Shown here: piece by piece, positions 9,117 to 16,886 of the stretch | Position numbering within the stretch: position 1 is the stretch's first letter | Layout of the letters: the number at the start of each line of letters is the position of its first letter | From: Nitrospirota bacterium | Lineage (GTDB): Bacteria > Nitrospirota > Thermodesulfovibrionia > Thermodesulfovibrionales > JdFR-88 | Assembly: GCA_021813405.1 (NCBI GenBank) | Contig: JAKAKS010000039.1 | Coordinates: 11,451 to 43,450 of the forward strand | Direction: 5' to 3' | Length of the DNA stretch: 32,000 nucleotides | The notes under the pieces: model-generated | The model's database searches: none | Told to the model about the DNA's origin: nothing | What the model saw: the letters and a program-made list of their open reading frames with translations, nothing else | Translations under genes and position numbers: made by a program

Positions 9117-10025
9117 ATGAAAAAGGCATTTTCAGTTTTACCGGCATTTGCACTGGTTTTATTGTCGTATGTTTTTGTCCCGCTTACGGCCAAAGCGGCT
9201 GCGGAAAACCCAGCGCTTCTTGTAAACGGGCAATGGCTTGCCGCGCACGGCAAGGCAGTTGTGGTTGATGTGCGGGCGGAAAAGGATTACGCGGCCGGGC
9301 ATATACCGGGGGCCATTAATATACCCGTGGACAGCCTTCAGGGGGGCCCGGACGCGGTGCCCTTCCCGGTAAAAAGAGAAGAAAAGACACTTGGCGCAAA
9401 CGGCCTCTCCGCCGGTTCAGAGGTGGTCCTGTACGGAAACAGGATTTCCGCATTCCGCGAATTCTGGATACTGGACTATCTTGGCATGCCTGATATCCAC
9501 GTACTGGATGGCGGGATCGAAAACTGGAAAGGCCAGACCGCCACGGCAAAAACCGAACTCAAGCCCGCTCAATTCAAGGCCAGGCCGGTCCGCACAAAAT
9601 ACGCAACAACCGCCTATGTGCGCGCCCACCTTAAAAAGCCGGGCGTCATCCTGCTGGATGCCCGCACCCCCGCTGAATATCATGGCTTGGTGGCGCTGGC
9701 CCTCCGGGGCGGCCATATCCCCGGCGCCATAAACATCAATGCCTGGGAGAACTTCCAAAAGGGGGCTACAATCCTTAAGACCCCTGCCCAGTTGAAGAAG
9801 ATGTATGCCGGGCTGAGCAGGAAAAAAGAGGTCATAGTATATTGCCAGAACGGGTCGAGGGCGGTCACCTCGTATTTTGCCCTTAGGCTGCTTGGGTTCA
9901 AGAAAGTTGCCACTTATATCCCCTCCTGGGTGGAATGGGGCAGCAACGAAAAGCTGCCTGTGCAGGAGACCAGCTATTTCAACTTCGTGCCGGTCATAAA
10001 AATGATGAAAGCGCTTAAAAAGTAA
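9117..10025 (+). CDS. Exported tandem-rhodanese protein, copy 2 (paralog of 8062..8970)
   Basis: Same architecture and length (302 aa); AGHIPGAINIP, second-domain loop VYCQNGSRAV; same C-terminal PSWVEWGSNE..PVQETSYFNFVPVIK pattern. Confidence 0.9.
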   Translation: MKKAFSVLPAFALVLLSYVFVPLTAKAAAENPALLVNGQWLAAHGKAVVVDVRAEKDYAAGHIPGAINIPVDSLQGGPDAVPFPVKREEKTLGANGLSAGSEVVLYGNRISAFREFWILDYLGMPDIHVLDGGIENWKGQTATAKTELKPAQFKARPVRTKYATTAYVRAHLKKPGVILLDARTPAEYHGLVALALRGGHIPGAININAWENFQKGATILKTPAQLKKMYAGLSRKKEVIVYCQNGSRAVTSYFALRLLGFKKVATYIPSWVEWGSNEKLPVQETSYFNFVPVIKMMKALKK

Positions 10026-10280
10026 GGTTCTATTCTACCTGGTTTTTCCTGCGGGGAAGAGCAGAAGTGCAACGGATTTGCCTGTTCCGTTATGGCGGCA
10101 TTCGCCAGTTTGTCTGTATCTCAGATGTGAAGTTTTGTTTTTTTTTCGCGGGGCGGGGTTCGTCTCCATCCGGCCTCGTCTCGCTTCCATATATTAACCG
10201 TCTGTACCATGCGGTTCGCATGAACACGGCAAACGGCCACCGGCAGGACGGCGAAGCGCCATTAAGAGTAAAATACTCTG

Positions 10281-10844
10281 GTGAAGCTCCTGCTGCACAT
10301 ATGCTGCTCCAACTGCGCCGTTTACCCCGTTGCAAGGCTGAGGGAAGGCGGGTTCAGCCTGAAGGGCTTCTGGTTCAACCCCAACATACATCCGGAGCCG
10401 GAATATGCCGGCAGGCTGGGCTCGTTAAAAAGGCTTCAGGCCCTCTGGGGCCTGGACATCCTCTACAGGGACCTTTACGGGCTGGACCAGTTCGTAAAGG
10501 CCGTGGGGGAAAACACGGCGGAGGGGGCGCGCTGCGCGGTCTGTTACAGGCTGCGGCTGGAAGAGGCCGCGGCCGAGGCAAAAAGGCTGAAGATGGACGC
10601 CTTTACTACAACCCTGCTGGTAAGCCCCTACCAGAAATTTGATATAATAACCGCCGAGGCGGCCAGGTTGGAATCCACTTACAACATACCTTTCCATTAC
10701 GAAGATTTCCGGCCCGGTTTCCGCGAAGGCATGAAGACGGCGGGTGGGCTTGGCCTGTACAGGCAGAAGTATTGCGGCTGCACATTTTCCGCGCTGGAAG
10801 CCGCCCGGCGCAGGGCTGAAAAAAAAGCGCACCCGCCCGGATGA
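10281..10844 (+). CDS. queH: Epoxyqueuosine reductase QueH (DUF208) family
   Basis: LLLHICCSNCAVYP, GFWFNPNIHPEPEY, RCAVCYRLRLEEAA, TTLLVSPYQKFDII, YRQKYCGCTFS. Confidence 0.92.
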   Translation: MKLLLHICCSNCAVYPVARLREGGFSLKGFWFNPNIHPEPEYAGRLGSLKRLQALWGLDILYRDLYGLDQFVKAVGENTAEGARCAVCYRLRLEEAAAEAKRLKMDAFTTTLLVSPYQKFDIITAEAARLESTYNIPFHYEDFRPGFREGMKTAGGLGLYRQKYCGCTFSALEAARRRAEKKAHPPG

Positions 10845-11065
10845 CAGGCATGCAGGACATAGGCAGATTCCTCCTCTTTACAGGCATTATCATTATCGTT
10901 ATCGGGCTTTTTTTCCTGCTGGCGGGAAAGGTCCACGGTATTGGCAGGCTACCCGGCGATATCCTGGTTAAACGGAAAAATTTCACGTTCTATTTCCCGC
11001 TTGCAACCAGCATTCTGATAAGCCTGGCGCTGACGCTGATACTGTGGCTGTTTGGCAAAAGATGA
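10841..11065 (+). CDS. DUF2905 small membrane protein
   Basis: 74 aa, two hydrophobic helices with KVHGIGRLPGDILVKRKNFTFYFPLATSILIS; 4-nt overlap with queH. Confidence 0.85.
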   Translation: MTGMQDIGRFLLFTGIIIIVIGLFFLLAGKVHGIGRLPGDILVKRKNFTFYFPLATSILISLALTLILWLFGKR

Positions 11066-12114
11066 AAGCGAAGATATCCATGCGCGCTTCCTTTGTTTTC
11101 CTTGGGGCCGTCCTGATGTTTATTGCGGCATCGCCTGGCCTGGCCCGCGCCGTTTCAATCCGGGTCCTGATACTGGCGGATGAATTCAAATCCATACCCG
11201 CCCCAAATGAAAAACTGAAACTGCTGGACAAGGAGCTTGCCAAGCTGCTTGTGGGCGACCGCCCTTACAGCGGCGGCGTGGAGGTCTGGAGGGGTGAAAA
11301 CAGTCTTTACCTTATAGACTCTGTGGACCTGGAAGATTATGTGAAAAGCGTTGTCAAGGCGGAGACCGGAAGCAACTGGGCGCTTGAGGCGTTAAAGGCC
11401 CAGGCCGTGGCTTCCCGCACATATGCCTTGTACCAGATGCAAAAGAACAAGGGGCTTCTTTATGATGTTACCTCCAGCGTGCTCAATCAGGTGTACCGCG
11501 GAGACATCCACGATGACAAGGTGGAGAAGGCGGTTGATGAGACCGCCGGCCAGATACTTGTATACGGCGGCCAGCCCATCGAGGCCCTGTATCATTCCAC
11601 TTGCGGCAACGGCACCACTGAGGACCCCGCCGAGGTATTCGGCTTTTCAGTGCCTTATTTGAAGCCGGTGACATGCGATTGCGACCAGTCCCCATATTAC
11701 TCCTGGGCAAGAAAATTCCCGGTCTCGCAGATAGAAAACGCAACAGGCGTCGAAGACATAAAGAACATAAAAATAGCATCGCATACGGATACCGGCAGGG
11801 TAAAGGCGCTGGAACTTGACGGGGGAAACGGCCCTGTTATGGTAAATGCCACGGATTTAAGGAGGATGCTGGGCTGGCAGACGCTCCCCAGCACGGAGTT
11901 CCAGATGGACTTCACAAACGGCTACATGAACCTTGAGGGCAGCGGATATGGCCACGGGGTAGGCATGTGCCAGTGGTCCTCCCAGGAGATGGCCAGGGCA
12001 GGCAAAAGCTACACAGACATCCTCTCCCATTTTTACCCTGGTGCAACCCTTGTAAATTCCGATGGCGCGCCAGCGGGCGGCGTGCAGCAAGCGGCTACGG
12101 CAAGTGGAAAGTAA
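11062..12114 (+). CDS. Exported SpoIID/LytB-like protein (start revised to ATG at 11062)
   Basis: Signal peptide; VDLEDYVKSVVKAETGSNWALEALKAQAVASRTYAL; YHSTCGNGTTEDPAEVFG; GYGHGVGMCQWSSQEMARAGKSYTDILSHFYPG. Confidence 0.9.
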   Translation: MKAKISMRASFVFLGAVLMFIAASPGLARAVSIRVLILADEFKSIPAPNEKLKLLDKELAKLLVGDRPYSGGVEVWRGENSLYLIDSVDLEDYVKSVVKAETGSNWALEALKAQAVASRTYALYQMQKNKGLLYDVTSSVLNQVYRGDIHDDKVEKAVDETAGQILVYGGQPIEALYHSTCGNGTTEDPAEVFGFSVPYLKPVTCDCDQSPYYSWARKFPVSQIENATGVEDIKNIKIASHTDTGRVKALELDGGNGPVMVNATDLRRMLGWQTLPSTEFQMDFTNGYMNLEGSGYGHGVGMCQWSSQEMARAGKSYTDILSHFYPGATLVNSDGAPAGGVQQAATASGK

Positions 12115-13171
12115 GACGGGCCTCGAAACCAGCCTTTTTGACTTCACCCTCCCGCCGGGGCTTATCGCAAAAAAGCCGCTTCAAGAGCGGGACTCTTCCC
12201 GCCTTCTTGTGCTTTCGGAAACCGGCCCGGTGCATTCGTCGTTTTCCAGCCTGCCGGATTTCATGTCGGAGGGGGACGCGCTAGTACTAAACGAAACCCG
12301 CGTTATGCCTGTCAGGCTTATAGGCGAAAAACCCACGGGCGGCAAGCTGGACGTGCTGCTTGTAAAGAAGAAGCAGGACGGCAGCCGGTGGGATGCCCTC
12401 TGGAAAGGAAGATACACCGGCTGGCTGAAAATCGGCGAGGGTTTGTCCGTTTTTTTAAATGAGGACCGTGAAGCCGAACTGGTTTGCCAGGGCGGGCCGG
12501 ACAGGGCGCTGAAGGAGCACGGCCTCATGCCTCTGCCCCCTTATATAAAAAGAAAGCCCATACCTGAGGACGGGAAGTGGTACCAGACCGTATATGCCTC
12601 CAGGGAAGGCTCCATCGCGGCCCCCACGGCGGGGCTGCATTTCACGCCCCGCCTTCTGGAAAAACTCTCCGCTCGCGGCGTCCGGATTTTAAAGATAGTC
12701 CTGCACGTTGGCAGGGGCACGTTCATGCCCGTTAAGGCCGGCAACCTGGCGGAGCACCTAATGCTTCCGGAAGAGTTTGAGATCCCGCTTCAGGTTCTGG
12801 ATGAAATAAACCGGGTGAAGGGCGCGGGCAAAAAAATATTTGCGGTGGGCACCACCGTCACCCGCGCATTGGAGGGATACCTTTCCGGCCGGTACCAGCC
12901 GCTTCCGGGCGCTTCCCCTCAAACGGTGCGGGGACAAACGGACATATTCATCCGCCCCGGCCATAAGTTCCAGGCAGTGGACCGCCTTATAACCAATTTC
13001 CACCTGCCCAAATCCACCCCTCTTGTGCTGGCCTCCGCGCTGGCAGGCAGGGGCCGTTTACTAGGCGCGTACAAAGAGGCAATCTCCTTGAATTATAGAT
13101 TTTTTTCTTTTGGGGATGCTATGCTAATATTTGGATGTGGCAATGGTGATGAATCATCAGCCCCCAGTTAA
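12104..13171 (+). CDS. queA: S-adenosylmethionine:tRNA ribosyltransferase-isomerase (GTG start at 12104 preferred over the track start 12062)
   Basis: LFDFTLPPGLIAKKPLQERDSSRLLVL, LVLNETRVMPVRL, TAGLHFTP, LHVGRGTFMPV, GTTVTRALE, TDIFIRPGHKFQAVDRLITNFHLPKSTPLVLASALAG. Confidence 0.95.
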   Translation: MESKTGLETSLFDFTLPPGLIAKKPLQERDSSRLLVLSETGPVHSSFSSLPDFMSEGDALVLNETRVMPVRLIGEKPTGGKLDVLLVKKKQDGSRWDALWKGRYTGWLKIGEGLSVFLNEDREAELVCQGGPDRALKEHGLMPLPPYIKRKPIPEDGKWYQTVYASREGSIAAPTAGLHFTPRLLEKLSARGVRILKIVLHVGRGTFMPVKAGNLAEHLMLPEEFEIPLQVLDEINRVKGAGKKIFAVGTTVTRALEGYLSGRYQPLPGASPQTVRGQTDIFIRPGHKFQAVDRLITNFHLPKSTPLVLASALAGRGRLLGAYKEAISLNYRFFSFGDAMLIFGCGNGDESSAPS

Positions 13172-13198
13172 AAAAAGAGCGGTTATGGCTCGTTTCCG

Positions 13199-14176
13199 GT
13201 GTTTCAAACGGTAACGGCACAAATAGAAATAGACCTCGACAAAGAGCTTGATCTTGTTACCGGCGGATTGCAGCCGGTGTTCGGCATGATCGAGGAGGCC
13301 CTGGATGTGGCCATGAGCTTCCGGGGCGACAAGCTCTTTGTGCAGGGCCCGGAGCCTTCGGTGCGGAAGGCGGAGCAGCTTATCGAGGAACTGCGGCTGA
13401 TAAACCGGCAGGGATATGTCCTTAAGCCGGAAGACGTAAGACAGGCCGTGGAGGCCCGCAGGCAGGGCGACGGCCCTTCCCTCCAGAACCTTTTCACAAG
13501 CAATATAGAGGTACCCTCCAGGAAGCGCCTTGTAATCCCCAAGACCGAATCCCAGAGAAAATACATAGACGCCATAAAAACGCACGACATAGTTTTTTGC
13601 ATAGGCCCCGCCGGCACCGGAAAGACTTACCTGGCCATGGCCATGGGCGTAAACGCCCTTCTGAAAAAGGAAGTAAACCGCATAGTGCTGGCCAGGCCCG
13701 CAGTGGAAGCGGGCGAGAAACTTGGCTTTCTGCCCGGAGACATCTACGAGAAGGTAAACCCTTACCTGCGCCCGCTTTATGACGCCCTTTTTGATATGAT
13801 GGAGGCGGAACGGGCCATGAGGCTGATAGAGAAAGGCATAATCGAGGTGGCCCCGCTTGCCTTCATGAGGGGGCGCACGCTTAATGACGCCTTCATAATA
13901 CTTGATGAGGCCCAGAACACAACCTCGGAGCAGATGAAGATGTATCTTACAAGGCTGGGGTTCAACTCCAAAACGGTGATAACGGGCGACGTCACCCAGA
14001 TAGACCTACCCGCGGGCAAGGCCTCCGGCCTCATAGAAGCCGAGAGAATATGCTCCAATATAAAAGGGATAGAGCTGATATATTTCACCGAAAAAGACGT
14101 AGTGCGCCACAAGCTGGTGCAGGATATACTGAGGGCATACGAGCAATATGAAAAACGGAAAACAACAGAAGGGTAG
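13199..14176 (+). CDS. phoH: PhoH-like ATPase
   Basis: IGPAGTGKTYLAMA (Walker A), FIILDEAQNTT (Walker B), MRGRTLNDA, MYLTRLGFNSKTVITGDVTQIDLP. Confidence 0.96.
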   Translation: MFQTVTAQIEIDLDKELDLVTGGLQPVFGMIEEALDVAMSFRGDKLFVQGPEPSVRKAEQLIEELRLINRQGYVLKPEDVRQAVEARRQGDGPSLQNLFTSNIEVPSRKRLVIPKTESQRKYIDAIKTHDIVFCIGPAGTGKTYLAMAMGVNALLKKEVNRIVLARPAVEAGEKLGFLPGDIYEKVNPYLRPLYDALFDMMEAERAMRLIEKGIIEVAPLAFMRGRTLNDAFIILDEAQNTTSEQMKMYLTRLGFNSKTVITGDVTQIDLPAGKASGLIEAERICSNIKGIELIYFTEKDVVRHKLVQDILRAYEQYEKRKTTEG

Positions 14177-15734
14177 CGTTTCAGCCGGCATAAAGGCCGG
14201 GCTTGGGCCGCAGGAACCCGGCGTAAAAACCGGCAGGCATGCCAGCCTGCCCACATACGGCGTTACGGCCCTGTTTGCAATGCTGGCTGCCGCCGCCACG
14301 CTAAGGACCCTCCGCGTGGAAACCATGGCCGGGGCCTTTTTTATCACTTACCTGCTGATGGTGGTCTTTTACCGTGATATCGTCCGGTATAAGCCCAAAT
14401 ACCTGGCAAGCGCCAAAAAGCTGGTGCTTCTTGGCATACTGCTTTCCGGCACGCTGCTTACCGCAAGGCTATGGGAGTTTGTTCTCCTGGGGATGTCCAG
14501 GGGGATGGGGATACCTTCGGGCAGCATTATGTATGCCCTGCCGGTAGCGGCAGGCGCAATGATGGCGATGCTGCTTTTTGATTCGCATACGGCCATCATG
14601 TTCTCCTTTATAGTAAGCATTCTGGCCGGGATGTCTCTGAGGGAGTCGCCTTTCGCGGTATACGCCTTTATGGGCAGCCTTACCGCGGCCTTCAGCGTTA
14701 TCAGGTGCAGGAAGAGGACGGAAGTGCTAAGGGGCGGGGCGTACCTGGCGGCTGTAAACATCATAACGGCGCTGTTTATAATGCTGTTTGAGGGGCGCAT
14801 CTCGCCGGAGAGGACCGTTTACGCGATTTTGTTTGCCTCCATGTCCGCCGTGTCCGTGATTGCGATAGTGTCGGTTGTGCTTCCCATGCTTGAATACCTG
14901 TTCGGTATAATGACGGACATAAGCCTGCTGGAGCTTCTGGACCTGGAACATCCCCTTATGAAGACGATGATGATAGCCGCGCCCGGCACATACCATCACA
15001 GCATAATAGTGGGCAACCTTGTGGAGGCCGCCGCCGAGGACGTGGCCGTAAACCCGCTGCTTGCAAGGGTAAGCGCCTATTATCACGACATAGGCAAGAT
15101 AAAGATGCCGGATTACTTCATAGAAAACCAGGGCGGCGGCGCAAGCAGGCACGAGCGGCTGACGCCCCATATGAGCAGCATGGTGCTCATCTCCCACGTG
15201 AAGGAAGGCGTGGACCTTGCAAAGCAGTACAAACTGCCGGAGACCGTTACGGACATAATAGAGCAGCACCACGGCACAAGCCTTATAACCTACTTCTACC
15301 AGAAGGCCAGGGAGAAGAACGAGGACCTGACTGAGGACGAATACAGGTACCCGGGGCCGCGCCCCCAGTCCAAGGTGGCGGCGCTTGTAATGATGGCCGA
15401 CGCCGTGGAGGCGGCCTCCAGGGTGCTGGCGGACCCCATACCGGCCAGGATATCGGGCCTGGTGAACAAGATAATAAACCACATATTCCTTGAGGGCCAG
15501 CTGGACAACTGCGACCTCACGCTTAAAGAGATACAGGCAATCAAGAAGCGTTTCATATACATACTTACGGGCATACTCCACAAGAGAGTGGATTACCCGG
15601 GGTTCGATTTCACCAAGGAGGGGGCCGGTGCCGGTACTGATATCCAACCGGCAAAGACAGATACCCTTAGATATCCGCCGGACAAGGAAGGACAGCCTCA
15701 GCCTGCTTCGTCTTTACGGGCTTACCGCAACTGA
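14148..15734 (+). CDS. HD-superfamily (HDIG) multi-TM phosphohydrolase, YqfF/PgpH-like but lacking the usual N-terminal extracellular domain
   Basis: Multiple TM segments, then LLDLEHPLMKTMMIAAPGTYHHSIIVGNLVEAAAEDVAVNPLLARVSAYYHDIGKIKMPDYFIENQ and HHGTSLITYFYQKA. Confidence 0.9.
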   Translation: MKNGKQQKGSVSAGIKAGLGPQEPGVKTGRHASLPTYGVTALFAMLAAAATLRTLRVETMAGAFFITYLLMVVFYRDIVRYKPKYLASAKKLVLLGILLSGTLLTARLWEFVLLGMSRGMGIPSGSIMYALPVAAGAMMAMLLFDSHTAIMFSFIVSILAGMSLRESPFAVYAFMGSLTAAFSVIRCRKRTEVLRGGAYLAAVNIITALFIMLFEGRISPERTVYAILFASMSAVSVIAIVSVVLPMLEYLFGIMTDISLLELLDLEHPLMKTMMIAAPGTYHHSIIVGNLVEAAAEDVAVNPLLARVSAYYHDIGKIKMPDYFIENQGGGASRHERLTPHMSSMVLISHVKEGVDLAKQYKLPETVTDIIEQHHGTSLITYFYQKAREKNEDLTEDEYRYPGPRPQSKVAALVMMADAVEAASRVLADPIPARISGLVNKIINHIFLEGQLDNCDLTLKEIQAIKKRFIYILTGILHKRVDYPGFDFTKEGAGAGTDIQPAKTDTLRYPPDKEGQPQPASSLRAYRN

Positions 15735-16083
15735 GCTGGGCGTATCCTTCGCCGGCGCAAGGCTGGTCCGCAAGCTGAACCGGGAATTCCGGGGCAAGGA
15801 CCGCCCCACGGACGTGCTCTCGTTTCCCGCAAACGATCCGGCGGAGCCCGCCTCCAGCGCGCCTGGCGAAACACCTTTGCTTGGCGATATTATAATCTGC
15901 CCGGAAGTTGCCATGGCGAATGCGGCGGAATATGAAGCCAGCCTGGATAGCGAGATAAGAAGGCTGCTGGTCCACGGTTTTCTGCACCTGCTTGGCTACG
16001 ACCACGAAACCGGCCCCAAAGACGCCGCCCGTATGAGGCGGAAGGAAAAGGAGTGCTTGCGTGCCCTTGAAGCAATGGATTAA
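15628..16083 (+). CDS. ybeY: Endoribonuclease YbeY / rRNA maturation factor (start revised to GTG at 15628)
   Basis: AGGAGG upstream of GTG; LNREFRGKDRPTDVLSFP, LGDIIICPEVA, LLVHGFLHLLGYDHE (H3XH5XH). Confidence 0.95.
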   Translation: MPVLISNRQRQIPLDIRRTRKDSLSLLRLYGLTATELGVSFAGARLVRKLNREFRGKDRPTDVLSFPANDPAEPASSAPGETPLLGDIIICPEVAMANAAEYEASLDSEIRRLLVHGFLHLLGYDHETGPKDAARMRRKEKECLRALEAMD

Positions 16084-16759
16084 AAGCGCCGGGTACGCCA
16101 TAGAGGGCGTGCTGCATTCGGCGCGCCATCAGCGCCACGTAAGATATCATTTCTATACGGCGTTTTTTGTCCTTCTGCTGGCGTTTGTAGTGGGTGTGTC
16201 CAGAACGGAGTTCCTCCTTGTTGCGGCATGCGTGATACTGGTGCTGATGGCCGAGCTCCTTAACACCGCGGTAGAGGCCACGGTGGATATACTTTCCCCG
16301 GAAAAAAGCGAGAAAGCCCGCGTCGCCAAGGACGCCGCGGCCGGGGCGGTGCTTGTCACCAGCACGGGCGCCGCCACGATAGGCGCGATAATACTTTATC
16401 CATACCTGGGAGAGATATTTGAAAAAGGCTTCAGGATTGCCAAGCAGGCCAAGCCCGATATTGCCATACTGGCCCTTGTGTTCATCCTCATTACCGTTGT
16501 TCTGCTGAAAGCAAAACTGGGCAAGGGGCATCCGCTTTCAGGCGGCATGCCAAGCGGCCATTCGGCCCTCGCCTTTTCGGCCTGGATTTCAATCACGTAC
16601 ATAAGCGGGAACTTTGCCGTCTCCGTCCTTGCAGCCGCCCTTGCCGTTGCGGTTGCCATATCCAGAATAGTAGGCAAGGTGCACAAGCCATTTGAGGTGC
16701 TGGCCGGCAGCCTTCTGGGGGCATCCGTAACCTTTGTCCTTTTCAAGCTCTTCTCGTAA
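16061..16759 (+). CDS. Diacylglycerol/undecaprenol kinase domain fused to PAP2-type phosphatase-like domain
   Basis: N-term SAGYAIEGVLHSARHQRHVRYH...AELLNTAVEATVDILSPE (DgkA); C-term PSGHSALAFSAWISI...RIVGKVHKPFEVLAGSLLG (PAP2-like). Confidence 0.85.
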   Translation: MPLKQWIKSAGYAIEGVLHSARHQRHVRYHFYTAFFVLLLAFVVGVSRTEFLLVAACVILVLMAELLNTAVEATVDILSPEKSEKARVAKDAAAGAVLVTSTGAATIGAIILYPYLGEIFEKGFRIAKQAKPDIAILALVFILITVVLLKAKLGKGHPLSGGMPSGHSALAFSAWISITYISGNFAVSVLAAALAVAVAISRIVGKVHKPFEVLAGSLLGASVTFVLFKLFS

Positions 16760-16886
16760 TCCATACCTGGCGGGCCTTCGTAAATATAAGATTTTCTTAT
16801 AAGTTCCTTGAGAAAATCTTAATTCATTATGCTATATTAATTTACTAGGGTGTAACCGTAGTAAAAATTGAGCAATAAACCTTCAG

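Noticed and set aside
10067-10642. 191-aa ORF overlapping queH in another frame
   Set aside because: Overlaps well-supported QueH and has no family motif.
12062-12103. N-terminal extension of QueA (MARQRAACSKRLRQ)
   Set aside because: Lies in the SpoIID-like C-terminus and is not QueA-like; GTG at 12104 just before KTGLETSLFDF is more plausible.
15490-15627. N-terminal extension of YbeY in the track
   Set aside because: Overlaps the HD-domain gene and is not YbeY-like; strong SD plus GTG at 15628.
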